Below are positions 39,365 to 50,700 of a stretch of DNA of 64,000 nt, in pieces (the first letter of the stretch is position 1; each line of letters starts with the position of its first letter). This stretch comes from Mobula hypostoma (Eukaryota). Made by a program: the position numbers and the translations under genes. The notes under the pieces are model-generated. The model was not told the DNA's origin. It did no database searches and saw nothing but the letters and a program-made list of their open reading frames with translations. The DNA is taken from the NCBI RefSeq assembly GCF_963921235.1, contig NC_086101.1, positions 3,784,001-3,848,000 on the forward strand, in the 5' to 3' direction.

Positions 39365-41544
39365 ATATAAACAGGGAATCAGGCCCTTCGGCCCATCTTG
39401 TCCATACTATAATTATAAATAATGAGAAGTATAAATAACATTATCAATAATCAAAAATGTTTCAGTGATCTTGCAGTTATCTGGATAAACACCTTCATTG
39501 TTCACTACACCACCAGTTTTGCTGTCACCTACAAACTTACAAACCATGCCATCTATATTTTCTTCCAAATCGTTAGTACCAATGAACAGTGGACCCTAAA
39601 CCGATCCCCATGATACACGACTGGTCACAGTGCTCCAGTCTGGACAGCAGTTCTCCACAACCACCCTCTGTCTCCTGCAAGCAGGCAATTTTACATCCAA
39701 TAAGTTGGCTCACCCTGGATCCCAAGTGATCAAACCTTCTCTTCGAGCCTTTCTCAGGGAAGCTTGTCAAAGTCCCTGCTAAAGTTCATGTGGACAATGT
39801 CTATCACCCTATTCTCAGCAGTGATTTCTATCACCTCATCAAAGAAAAATAGTTAAATTTATGAGTCACTATTTCCCAGGCATAAAACAGAGTTGACTAT
39901 CCCGACTCAGTCCCTGCCTTTCCAAATGCTGGTAAACCTCTCAGTACCCATTACAGTAATTGTCCCACCACTGATGTTAGACTCAGCGGCCTGGAGTTCC
40001 CGGGCTTGACCTTCCAGTCCTTCTTAACTCAAAACAACACCTGAGCCACCCTCCTGACTTCCAGCGCCAGAGAAACATTTCGAATGTTAAAAGACATGGA
40101 CAGAGTGGATGTGGCAAAGTTGTTTCCCATGATGGAGGAGTCTAGTACGAGAGGGCATGACTTCAGGATTGAAGGGCGACCTTTCAGGACAGAAATGCGA
40201 AGAAATTTTTTTAGTCAGAGGGTGGTGAATCTATGGAATTTGTTGCCACGGGCAGCAGTGGAGGCCAATTCATTGGGCGTATTTAAGGCAGAGATTGATA
40301 GGTATCTGACTAGCCAGGGCATCAAAGGTTATGGTGAGAAGGCGGGACAGTGGGACTAAATAGGATAAAATGGATCAGCTCATGATGAAATGGCGGAGCA
40401 GACTCGATGGGCCGAATGGCCTACTTCTGCTCCTTTGTCTTATGGACTATGGTCTTATGGAAATGTGAAGCAAATATATCTGTCAGGGCCCTGAATTCTT
40501 TCCCTCGTCTTAAGGTACTCAGACAGAATAAATCACGGTCTGGGGCTCATTCACCTCTGATACAGCACTTTCACTTTTGCACTGTGGTATGTTCCAAGAC
40601 ACTACTGTTCATGTTCCTTAATTCCTTAGTTTCCATGCCCTCTCCCTGCGAAATATTCATTTAAAGCCTCCCCCATCTCCTTTTATCGATGACCATATTG
40701 ATCCTTCGGGTGACCTGTTCGAGTCAGGTTGTCATACATTTGGCCCAATGTCCATGCTGTCTGTGTTGCCCAGTGAGCTGGTGCCATCTGCTTATGTTTG
40801 GTCCATAGCCCCATAAAACTCTTCAATCTATGTATTCATCCACTGTAGATTCTTTTAAATGTTGTTTATTTCTAGCAGGGCATTCCAAATATGCACCACC
40901 CATTGTGTGAAGAAAATATTTCTGAAGTCCCTTTTAAATCCATCGGCTCTGATCTTAAACTTTTGCACTGTTGTTCCTCACACACCCTCTCTGGGGAAAA
41001 TCCCTAATTTGGAAGGGGATGAGGACCGGAGTGATAGGGCTGAGGATGGGGCAGTTGATATACAAGTTGATGCATTGTGTAGTGAGACGGTGAGGAAGAA
41101 CAGACAGATGATGGGACTGAAACGCAGTCGGTGGGATGAGTTGCAGTCGGTGGGATGGGTTGCAGTCAACAGGGGGCAAAATCTAAAAGAGTGACCAATA
41201 CAGGACTGAAGGTGTTATATTTGAATGCACTAGGTACACAGAATAAGGTAGATGATCTTGTGGCACAATTAGAAGCTGGCAGGTATGGACATCACTGAAT
41301 CGTGGCTGAAAGAAGATCATAGTTGGGAGCTGAACATCCAAGGATACACAGTTTATTGAAAGAACAAGCAAGTAGGCAGAGTGGGTGCAGTGGCTCTGTT
41401 TGTAAAAATTAAAATCAAATCCTCAGAAAGAGGTGACATAGGACTGGAAGGTTTGGATTCTTGTGGGTAGAGCTAAGAGACTGCAAAGGTAAAAAGACCC
41501 TGTTGAGAGTTAGATACATTGCTCCAAACATTAGCCAGGATATA
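39365..41544. mobile_element. Old CR1 fragments on both strands
   Basis: FFSQRVVNLWNLLP ORF at 40084-40359; APE-like remnant at ~41200-41540 that continues after 45606. Confidence 0.7.
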
Positions 41545-44500
41545 GAAACATAGAAACATAGAAAATAGGTGCAGGAGTAGGCCATTCGGCCCTTCGAGCC
41601 TGCACCGCCATTTATTATGATCATGGCTGATCATCCAACTCAGAACCCCGCCCCAGCCTTCCCTCCATACCCCCTGACCCCTGTAGCCACAAGAGCCATA
41701 TCTAACTCCCTCTTAAACATAGCCAATGAACTGGCCTCAACAGTTTGCTGTGGCAGAGAATTCCACAGATTCACCACTCTCTGTGTGAAGAAGTTTTTCC
41801 TAATCTCGGTCCTAAAAGGCTTCCCCTCTATCCTCAAACTGTGATGCCTCGTTCTGGACCTCCCAAACATCGGGAACAATCTTCCCGCATCTAGCCTGTC
41901 CAATCCCTTCAGGATCTTATACGTTTCAATCAGATCCCCCCTCAATCTTCTAAATTCCAACGAGTAGAAGCCCAGTTCATCCAGTCTTTCTTCATATGAA
42001 AGACCTGCCATCCCAGGAATCAATCTGGTGAACCTTCTTTGTACTCCCTCTATGGCAAAGATGTCTTTCCTCAGATTAGGGGACCAAAACTGCACACAAT
42101 ACTCCAGGTGTGGTCTCACCAAGGCCTTGTACAACTGCAGTAGTACCTCCCTGCTCCTGTACTCGAATCCTCTCGCTATAAATGCCAGCATACCGTTCGC
42201 CTTTTTCACCGCCTGCTGTACCTGCATGCCCACTTTCAATGACTGGTGTATAATGACACCCAGGTCTCGTTGCACCTCCCTTTTTCCTAATCGGCCACCA
42301 TTCAGATAATAATCTGTTTTCCTATTTTTGCCACCAAAGTGGATAACTTCACATTTATCCACATTAAATTGCATCTGCCATGAGTTTGCCCACTCACCCA
42401 ACCTATCCAAGTCATCCTGCATCCTTTTAGCATCCTCCTCACTGCTAACACTGCCACCCAGCTTCGTGTCATCCGCAAACTTGGAGATGTTGCATTTAAT
42501 TCCCTCATCCAAGTCATTAATATATATTGTAAACAACTGGGGTCCCAGCACTGAGCCTTGCGGTACCCCACTAGTTACCGCCTGCCATTCTGAAAAGGTC
42601 CCGTTTATTCCCACTCTTTGCTTCCTGTCTGCTAACCAATTCTCCACCCACACCAATACCTTACCCCCAATACCGTGTGCTTTAAGTTTGCACACTAATC
42701 TCCTGTGTGGGACCTTGTCAAAAGCCTTTTGAAAATCCAAATATACCACATCCACTGGTTCTCCCCTATCCACTCTACTAGTTACATCCTCAAAAAATTC
42801 TATGAGATTTGTCAGACATGATTTTCCTTTCACAAATCCATGCTGACTTTGTCCGATCATTTCACCGCTTTCCAAATGTGCTGTTATCACATCCTTGATA
42901 ACTGACTCCAGCAGTTTCCCCACCACCGACATTAGGCTAACCGGCCTATAATTCCCCGGTTTCTCTCTCCCTCCTTTTTTAAAAAGTGGGGTTACATTAG
43001 CCACCCTCCAATCCTCAGGAACTAGTCCAGAATCTAACGAGTTTTGAAAAATTATCACTAATGCATCCACTATTTCTTGGGCTACTTCCTTAAGCACTCT
43101 AGGATGCAGACCCTCTGGCCCTGGGGATTTATCTGCCTTCAATCCCTTCAATTTACCTAACACCACTTCCCTACTAACATGTATTTCGCTCAGTTCCTCC
43201 ATCTCACTGGACCCTCTGTCCCTTACTATTTCTGGAAGATTATTTATGTCCTCCTCAGTGAAGACAGAACCAAAGTAATTATTCAATTGGTCTGCCATGT
43301 CCTTGCTCCCCATAATCAATTCACCTGTTTCTGTCTGCAGGGGACCTACATTTGTCTTTACCAGTCTTTTCCTTTTTACATATCTATAAAAGCTTTTACA
43401 GTCCGTTTTTATGTTCTCTGCCAGTTTTCTCTCATAATCTTTTTTCCCCTTTCCTAATTAAGCCCTTTGTCCTCCTTTGCTGAACTCTGAATTTCTCCCA
43501 GTCCTCAGGTGAGCCACTTTCTCTGGCTAATTTGTATGCTACTTCTTTGGAATTGATACTATCCCTAATTTCTCTTGTCAGCCACCGGTGCACTACCTTC
43601 CTTGATTTATTCTTTTGCCAAACTGGGATGAACAATTGTTGTAGTTCATCCATGCAACCTTTAAATGCTTGCCATTGCATATCCACCGTCAATCCTTTAA
43701 GTGTCATTTGCCAGTCTATCTTAGCTAATTCACGTCTCATACTTTCAAAGTTACCCCTTTTTAAGTTCAGAACATTTGTTTCTGAATTAACTATGTCACT
43801 CTCCATATTAATGAAGAATTCCACCATATTATGGTCACTCTTACCCAAGGGGCCTCTCACGACAAGATCGCTAATTAACCCTTCCTCATTGCTCAAAACC
43901 CAGTCCAGAATAGCCTGCTCTCTGGTTGGTTCCTCGACATGTTGGTTCAAAAAACCATCCCGCATACATTCCAAGAAATCCTCTTCCTCAGCACCTTTAC
44001 CAATTTGGTTCACCCAGTCTACATGTAGATTGAAGTCACCCATTATAACTGCTGTTCCTTTATTGCACACATTTCTAATTTCCTGTTTAATACCATCTCC
44101 GACCTCACTACTACTGTTAGGTGGCCTGTACACAATTCCCACCAGCGTCTTCTGCCCCTTAGTGTTACGCAGCTCTACCCATATCGATTCCACATCTTCC
44201 CGGTTTATGTCCTTCCTTTCTATGGCGTTAATCTCTTTTTTAACCAGCAACGCCACCCTACCTCTCCTTCCTTCATGTCTATCCCTCCTGAATATTGAAT
44301 ATCCCTGAACGTTGATCTCCCATCCCTGGTCACCCTGGAGCCATGTCTCTGTGATCCCAACTATATCATAATCATTAATAACAATCTGCACTTTCAATTC
44401 ATCCACCTTATTACGAATGCTCCTTGCATTGACACATAAAGCCTTCAGGCGCTCTTTTACAACTCTCTTAGCCCTTGTACAATTATGTTGAAAAGTGGCC

Positions 44501-45605
44501 CTTTTTAATGCTTGCCCTGGATTTGTCGGCCTGCCACTTTTACTTTTCTCCTTTGTACTTTTTGCTTCTACGCTCACTTTGCACCCCTCTGTCTCTCTGC
44601 ACTGGTTCCCATCCCTCTGTTGTGAACTAACCTCCTCACGCCTAGCCTCTTTAATTTGATTCCCACCCCCCAACCATTCTAGTTTAAAGTCACCTCAGTA
44701 GCACCCGCTAATCTCCCTGCCAGGATATTGGTCCCCCTGGGATTCAAGTGTAACCCGTCCTTTTTGTACAGGTCACGCCTGCGCCAAAAGAGGTCCCAAT
44801 GATCCAAAAACTTGAATCCCTGCCCCCTGCTCCAATCCCTCAGCCACGCATTTATCCTCCACCTCATCGCATTCCTACTCTCACTGTCGAGTGGCACAGG
44901 CAGTAATCCCGAGATTACTACCTTTGCGGTCCTTTTTCTCAACTCCCTTCCTAGCTCCCTATATTCTCCTTTCAGGACCTCATCCCTTTTCCTACCTATG
45001 TCATTGGTACCTATATGTACCACGACCTCTGGCTCCTCACCCTCCCACTTCAGGATATCTTGGACACGATCAGAAATATCCCGGACCCTAGCACCAGGGA
45101 GGCAAACTACCATCCGGGTCTCTGGACTGCGTCCACAGAATCGCCTATCTGACCCCCTTACTATCGAGTTCCCTATCACAACTGCCCTCCTCTTCCTTGC
45201 CCTACCCTTCTGAGCTACAGGGCCAGACTCTGTGCCGGAGGCACGGCCACTGTCGCTTCCCCCGGGTAAGCTGTCCCCCCCCAACAGTACTCAAACAGGA
45301 GTACCTGTTGTTAAGGGGCACAGCCACCGGGGTACTCCCTATCACCTGACTTTTCCCCTTCCCCCTCCTAACCGTGACCCACTTGTCTGCCTCCCGTGGC
45401 CCCGGCGTGACCACCTGCCTTCCACTCCTCTCTATCACCTCCTCGCTCTCCCTGACCAGACGAAGGTCATCGAGCTGCAGCTCCAGTTCCGTAACGCGGT
45501 CCCTTAGGAACTGCATCTCGATGCACTTGGCGCAGATGTAGAGGTCCGGGAGGCTTGGAGACTCCAGGGCCTCCCACATCCGACACCGAGAACAGCAAAC
45601 TGCTG
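41545..45605 (-). mobile_element. Young near-full-length CR1 subfamily B: ORF1 (Cys motif, coiled coil, SGNH-like esterase) and ORF2 (APE plus RT)
   Basis: ORFs 45202-45639, 44679-45284, 43432-44673, 41640-43319 join via two single-base insertions; TSD GGATATA at 41538-41544 and 45606-45612; 5' UTR missing. Confidence 0.96.
44679..44688 (-). other. Candidate -1 ribosomal frameshift signal (U UUA AAC UAG) at CR1 ORF1/ORF2 junction
   Basis: Minus strand ACT TTA AAC TAG ends ORF1; -1 frame TTT AAA CTA GAA TGG TTG runs open into the APE domain. Confidence 0.65.
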
Positions 45606-45929
45606 GGATATACATTACAATGGAAGATAGAAAAGACAAATAATAAGGGGACTGTTCCGATAACTATGGAGAATTTCAATGTGCAGGTGGGTTGGTAAAA
45701 TCTGGTTGAGCTGGTTGGTCAGTTTATGGAGAGAAGGCAGATATAGTGGATTTGAGTGGAATCTGGGATAAACCATGAAGGAAAGGCAGGGCGGACTCGA
45801 TGGGATGAATGGCCTAATTCTGTTCCTATATCTTATGGTCCTATGGTCTATTCATTACTCATTATCTTCCATACCCATGTCTGTGGGACATACACTGAGG
45901 GTCTCTCCCATCTCCTGTGGCTCCAGATG

Positions 45930-46205
45930 CAGTGGCACGGTAGCGTAGTGGTTAGCACAACGCTTCACAGTAAAGGTGACAAGGGTTCAAATCCCACCGC
46001 TGCCTGCACGGAGTTTGTACGTTCTCCCTGGGACAGTGTGGGTTTCCTCCGTGTGCTCGGGTTTCCTCCCACAGTCCAGAGATGTACCGGTTGGAAGGTC
46101 ATTGTAAATTGTCCCATGATACGTCTCTGATTAAATCAGGGGATTGCTGCATGGTGTGGTTCGAAGGGCTGGAAGGGCCGATTCCCCTCTGCATCTCAAT
46201 AAATT
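45930..46205 (+). mobile_element. tRNA-derived SINE (V-SINE/HE1-like)
   Basis: A box TAGCGTAGTGG, B box GGTTCAAATCC, central GGAGTTTGTACGTTCTCCC...GGGTTTCCTCC; related decayed copies at ~21030-21300 and ~56104-56250. Confidence 0.8.
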
Positions 46206-46399
46206 TATCATTAATGATGGAAACCCTGCATCAGGACAGAGAGTGGACTGTGTGGGTGATGAGGGGCTGTGAGGGGAGTGGGTTTGTGGGAAGGGGACAA
46301 AGAGCCCTCATAAATCATTCCCCTCTCAGCTTAAATCTACAGCCTCTGGTTTTGGACACCTTATTTTTGAAAACGTCACGTTATCTATTCCCCATATCA

Positions 46400-46417
46400 T
46401 TAGGGTTAGGGTTAGGG
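46400..46417 (+). repeat. (TTAGGG)3 interstitial telomere-like repeat
   Basis: Three exact units. Confidence 0.8.
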
Positions 46418-46764
46418 TAAGGATTCGAGTGTCAGAGGTCACTGTCTCAGGATGGTGTGAACCCTCAAAGGATAGTTTATATCTGGAATTCTCTGTACCG
46501 GAGGACTGTGCGTCTCAGTTCTTTAGTCTATTTAATGTCACAGAGTCATCATCGTATCGCACAGAAATGGGCTCTTCGGCCTATCACCTCTGTGCTGACC
46601 TATTTACCATCTACACTCATCCCATTGGTTGGCATTAGGTTTGTCTCCTTCTGTGCCTTCCCTATTGAAGTGTCTTTCTGAGTGTCTCTTCAACACAGTG
46701 ATTGTATCTGATACCATCACCTCCTCTGGCAGCAAGTTCCAACATCAATCACTCACCCCTCAGA

Positions 46765-47510
46765 TAAGACCATATGAGAATCAGACACAGGAGCAGAATT
46801 AGGCTATTTGGCTCATCGTCTGCAGCACTATTTCATCATGCTGATCCAATTTTCCTCTCAGACCCACTCTCCTGCCTTCTCCCTTTGGTATCCTTTGGTG
46901 CCCTGACCAATCAAGGGTCTATCAAGCAACACACACAAAGTGCTGGAGGAACTCAGCAGGCCAGGCAGCATCTATGGAAAAGAGTGCAGTCAGCGTTTCA
47001 GGCTGAGACCCTTCGGCAGGATCTATCAACCTCTTCCTTAAAGACTTGGCCTCCACAGCAATCTGTGGCAAAAAATTCCACAGATTCACCACTCGTTGGT
47101 TGTTGAAATTCCTCCTCATTGCCATTCTAAAAGGACACCCCTTTATTCTGAGGCTGCGTCCTCTGGTTTCAGACTCTCCCACCATAGGAAACATCCTCTC
47201 CACATCCACTGTAACCATTCGACAGGTTTCAATGAGATCTCTCATCATTCTTCTGAAGTCTAGTGAATACAGACCCAGAACCATCAAACACTCTTCATAT
47301 GACAAGCCATTCAATCCTGGAATCATTTTTGTGAAATCCCTTTGAACACTCTCCAGTTTCAGCACATCCTTTCCAAGATAGTGAACCTAAACCTGCTCAC
47401 AATACTTCAAGTGAGGTCCCACCAGTGCTTTATAAATGTTAACATTACATCCTTACTTTACAAGGACATCTAAGTCCCTTTGCACCTCAGTTTTCTGTAT
47501 TTTCTCTCGA
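46765..47510 (-). mobile_element. CR1 3' fragment with a Penelope-derived insert at 46926-47021
   Basis: LESVQRDFTKMIPGL...NQRVVNLWN; insert flanked by TCTATCAA at 46918-46925 and 47022-47029. Confidence 0.85.
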
Positions 47511-48158
47511 TGAGAATCAGAGAGGGACGGGGTGAGTGGTTTTCTTTGTCGGTCAGAATACTGAGTACAGGAGCTGGGACTTCCTGTTACGAGTGTACAA
47601 GACGTTGGTGCTGCCACGTTTGGAACAGTGTGTACTGTTCTGGTTACCTTGCTACAGGAGGGATGTCATTCAACTGGAGAGGGTGCAAAACAGGTTTACA
47701 AGGATGTGACTGGGACTGGAGAGCTTGGGTTAAGAGCAGAGGCAGGACAGGCTGGCACTTTCTCCCTGAAGCCGAAGAGGCTGTAGAGGTGGGTGCAGTT
47801 TTAAAATACATCTTGTCAGGTACCTGGATAAGAAAGGTGTGAAGGTAGAATGGGAAAATGCAACTAGCTCTTTAAAGCAAGTTGGGCTGAAGAGCTTCTC
47901 TGACCGTCTCTTTAAATCCCTGCAGTATTCACTTTGTGTGTGTTGATCGGGAAAAATCCGCTCTCCATCCCGGAGGAGAAACCTCGGGAAGATGCTGGTT
48001 GTCTATCTGCTGTGTTTAGTAAAATCCCGGGAACGGGTCTTGTCGGCCACCCGACTGAGCCTGAGGCCCAGCGGCCTCTCGCCCAACCCTGGGTCCGCGC
48101 TGCCCGAGTCTCCCCCCCGATCCCCGGGGACTCTCTAATTCTCTGCTTCTCCCCCCAG

Positions 48159-48691
48159 TCTCTGTCACCCTGGATGTGGAAACGGCGCATCCGCTGCTCG
48201 AGGTGTCTGAGGATCTGAAGAGTGTGAGATATGCCGGGACCCGGAGGGATCTCCCTGACACCGGGAAGAGGTTCAGAGCCTGGGCTTGTGTGCTGGGATC
48301 GGAGGGATTCACATCGGGGAGACATTACTGGGAGGTGGAGGTGACGGGGAATCGTGGCTGGGGTCTGGGAGTCGCCGCAGAGTCTGTGGAGAGGAAGAGC
48401 GGTGTCGGACTGAGTCCGGAGACCGGATTCTGGATTATCGGGCGTTTTTATGACGAGATGAAGGTTCTCACTTCCCCTGAGCCTCGTCTCCCTGCCGGTC
48501 CCATCCCCGGGAGGGTGGGAGTTTATCTCAGTTACCAGTCCAGGACAGTTTCATTTTACAACGCGGAGACCAAGTCCCATCTCCACACATTCACTGGGAA
48601 AAAATTCACAGAGAAACTTTATCCTTTCTTCTGGACTGGATATGAAAACGAGTGGCTGAGAATCTGCTCCGGTTCCGCTCCGGGTCTGTAA
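48159..48691 (+). CDS. TRIM coding exon 6: B30.2 (PRY-SPRY) domain and stop
   Basis: CTTCTCCCCCCAG|TC; VTLDVETAHP, CVLGSEGFTSGRHYWEVEV, RVGVYLSY, LYPFF; total CDS 411+96+234+23+119+533 = 1416 nt = 471 aa plus stop. Confidence 0.95.
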
Positions 48692-48756
48692 ACGGGTCGG
48701 GTCCCGGGACCGGCTCCAGGAGTAAGTCAGTGTAAATATAAATGTGCCGAGAGTGA

Positions 48757-48762
48757 AATAAA
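48757..48762 (+). promoter_or_regulatory. Candidate polyadenylation signal of the TRIM gene
   Basis: AATAAA about 65 nt after the stop codon. Confidence 0.55.
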
Positions 48763-48999
48763 CACGATTTGAGAATTACCGATCCATTAATTTTAACTCG
48801 TTCACCGCATCCGTCAACGGGACAGAAACACTGCGGATTCAGCAGCAGCCGCGGGCGGCGGGTCCTGAGCTCCCCGGCTCCCCCGGGTGCTAAAGTCCAC
48901 CCGCACCGGGACAGGTGAAGTGGGACAAGTGGTGGTGGTGCTGACTGGGAGAGGGAGGTCAGGGTGACTCTTGGGGAGGCGGGACATGTGGTGATGGTA

Positions 49000-49560
49000 A
49001 CAGGCTGGAGAATCTCAGCGTGTCGGGCAGCATCTACAGAGGGAAATGGATCATGACGTTTTGGCTCGATGTCCTTCCACTGGACTGAAAGTGAGAGCGG
49101 AGATGCCCGGTGTAGGACGGTGGAAGGAAAGCCACTGTAAGAGCTGGCAGGTGAGGGGGTGACAGACACATGAGGGAGGGGTGGAGTGTGGAAATGTGTC
49201 AGAAGCTGGGAGGTGAGAGGTGGCAGTGACAAAGATGATGGGCAGATGGAGAGGGTGGGTGAGGAGGGTAAAATGCCGGAAGCATTCAGCCGGTCAGTCA
49301 CAATCCATGGAGTTCGTATTTCACACCAATTATCTCTCCCGAAATCTCCACCTATCACCTGTCGCTTTGTCCTTCTTCCTCCCCTCCCCTCACCTTCTTA
49401 TCCTGACGTCTCCCCTTCCTTTCCTGTCCTGATGAAGGGTCTCAGCCTGAAACATCGACTGTTTACACGTCTCCATAGACGCTGCCTGACCTGCTGAGTT
49501 CCTCCAGCATTTTGTGTGTGTTGCTCTGGATTTCCAGCATCAGCAGAGTTTCTGGTGTTT
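49000..49560. mobile_element. Inverted pair of Penelope-like 3' regions
   Basis: Decayed minus copy ~49000-49270 and plus copy ~49300-49560 ending GCTGAGTTCCTCCAGCATTTTGTGTGTG. Confidence 0.7.
49424..49461 (+). ncRNA. Minimal type I hammerhead ribozyme motif
   Basis: CTGTC-CTGATGA-A-GGGT CTCA GCCT-GAAAC-ATC-GACTG: core boxes intact, stem I with one mismatch. Confidence 0.65.
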
Positions 49561-50700
49561 TTGATTCAAACCCTGCCCGACCTGCGGATTTCTAACTTTT
49601 TCTGTTTTTGGGATGTTTCTTGAGCATCTCGGAGGAGATTCTGCAAGGAGAAACTGAAATAGGTGATCTCTGAGCCAGACATCGTGGTCCGTGTAGCTAC
49701 CAATGACACAGGTAGGAAGAGTGACGAGTTACTGCGAAGTGAGTTCAGGGCTTTCGGTGCTGAGTTAAAGGACAGGACCCAGGGTTCTGATCCCAGGATT
49801 GTCACCCATACCACCTGCTGGAGAGGCCAGAAGTAGAAAGATCAGACAGTTTCACGCCTGGCCAAGGAGCTGGTGTAGGAAGGAGGCCTTCAGATTTCAA
49901 CGTTTAAAGTACATTTATTATCAAAGTAAGTATACCATATGGAACCATGAGGTTTGTCTCCTTACAGGCAGCCACAGACAAGAAACACAACAGAACACAT
50001 TTTAGAAAAAGACATTGAACACCCAATGTGCAGAGAGAGAGAGAGAGAACAAATCATGCAGACAACAATAGTATTATTTACGAGTGATGAGCCTCTGCGC
50101 GGGGAGTTAGCTGATGAGTTAAAGGGCAGGACCTCCAGTGTTGTGATCTCAGTATTGCTACACAGGCCACGTGCTCATCAGGCCAGAACTAGGAAGATTA
50201 TGCAGGTTAATACGTGGCTAAGAAGTCGCTGTAATAAGGAGGGTATAGATTTTTGGATCATGGGGCTCTCTTCCAGGGAATGTGGGACCTGTACAGAAGG
50301 GAGGGTTTGTACCTCAACTGGAGGGGGAGTAATATCCTGGCAGGAAGGTTTGTTAATGCCGTACAGTGGGGTTTAAACTAGAGTTGCAGGGGAATGGGAA
50401 CCGAGTGCCAGAACAGGGAGTGGAGAGGTTGTGGAGGCAGATGTTGGGAAGAGCTCAAAGTTGGGAATGAGAGGTTCAGCACTGTGCATCCAGTGCGCTG
50501 AGTTGTCTCTATTTCAATGCAAGAAGTGTCGGAGGAAAGGCAGATGACAGTGCTGAAGATGAGGTCGCTGGTTTACAAACAGAGGCAATGTGTAGTGAGC
50601 AGAGGCTGTTGATAAGGCAAAACTAAAATCAACTGGATGACTTGTCATGTAAAAGGCAGAGAAAATTGAAAAGGATACAGGATGGAAAGTGTTATTAGAA

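Noticed and set aside
45930..46010. Possible tRNA gene
   Set aside because: A/B boxes present but no proper cloverleaf; continues into a SINE body.
48606..49358. 250-aa minus-strand ORF
   Set aside because: Low-complexity, spans Penelope UTR remnants and the TRIM 3' UTR.
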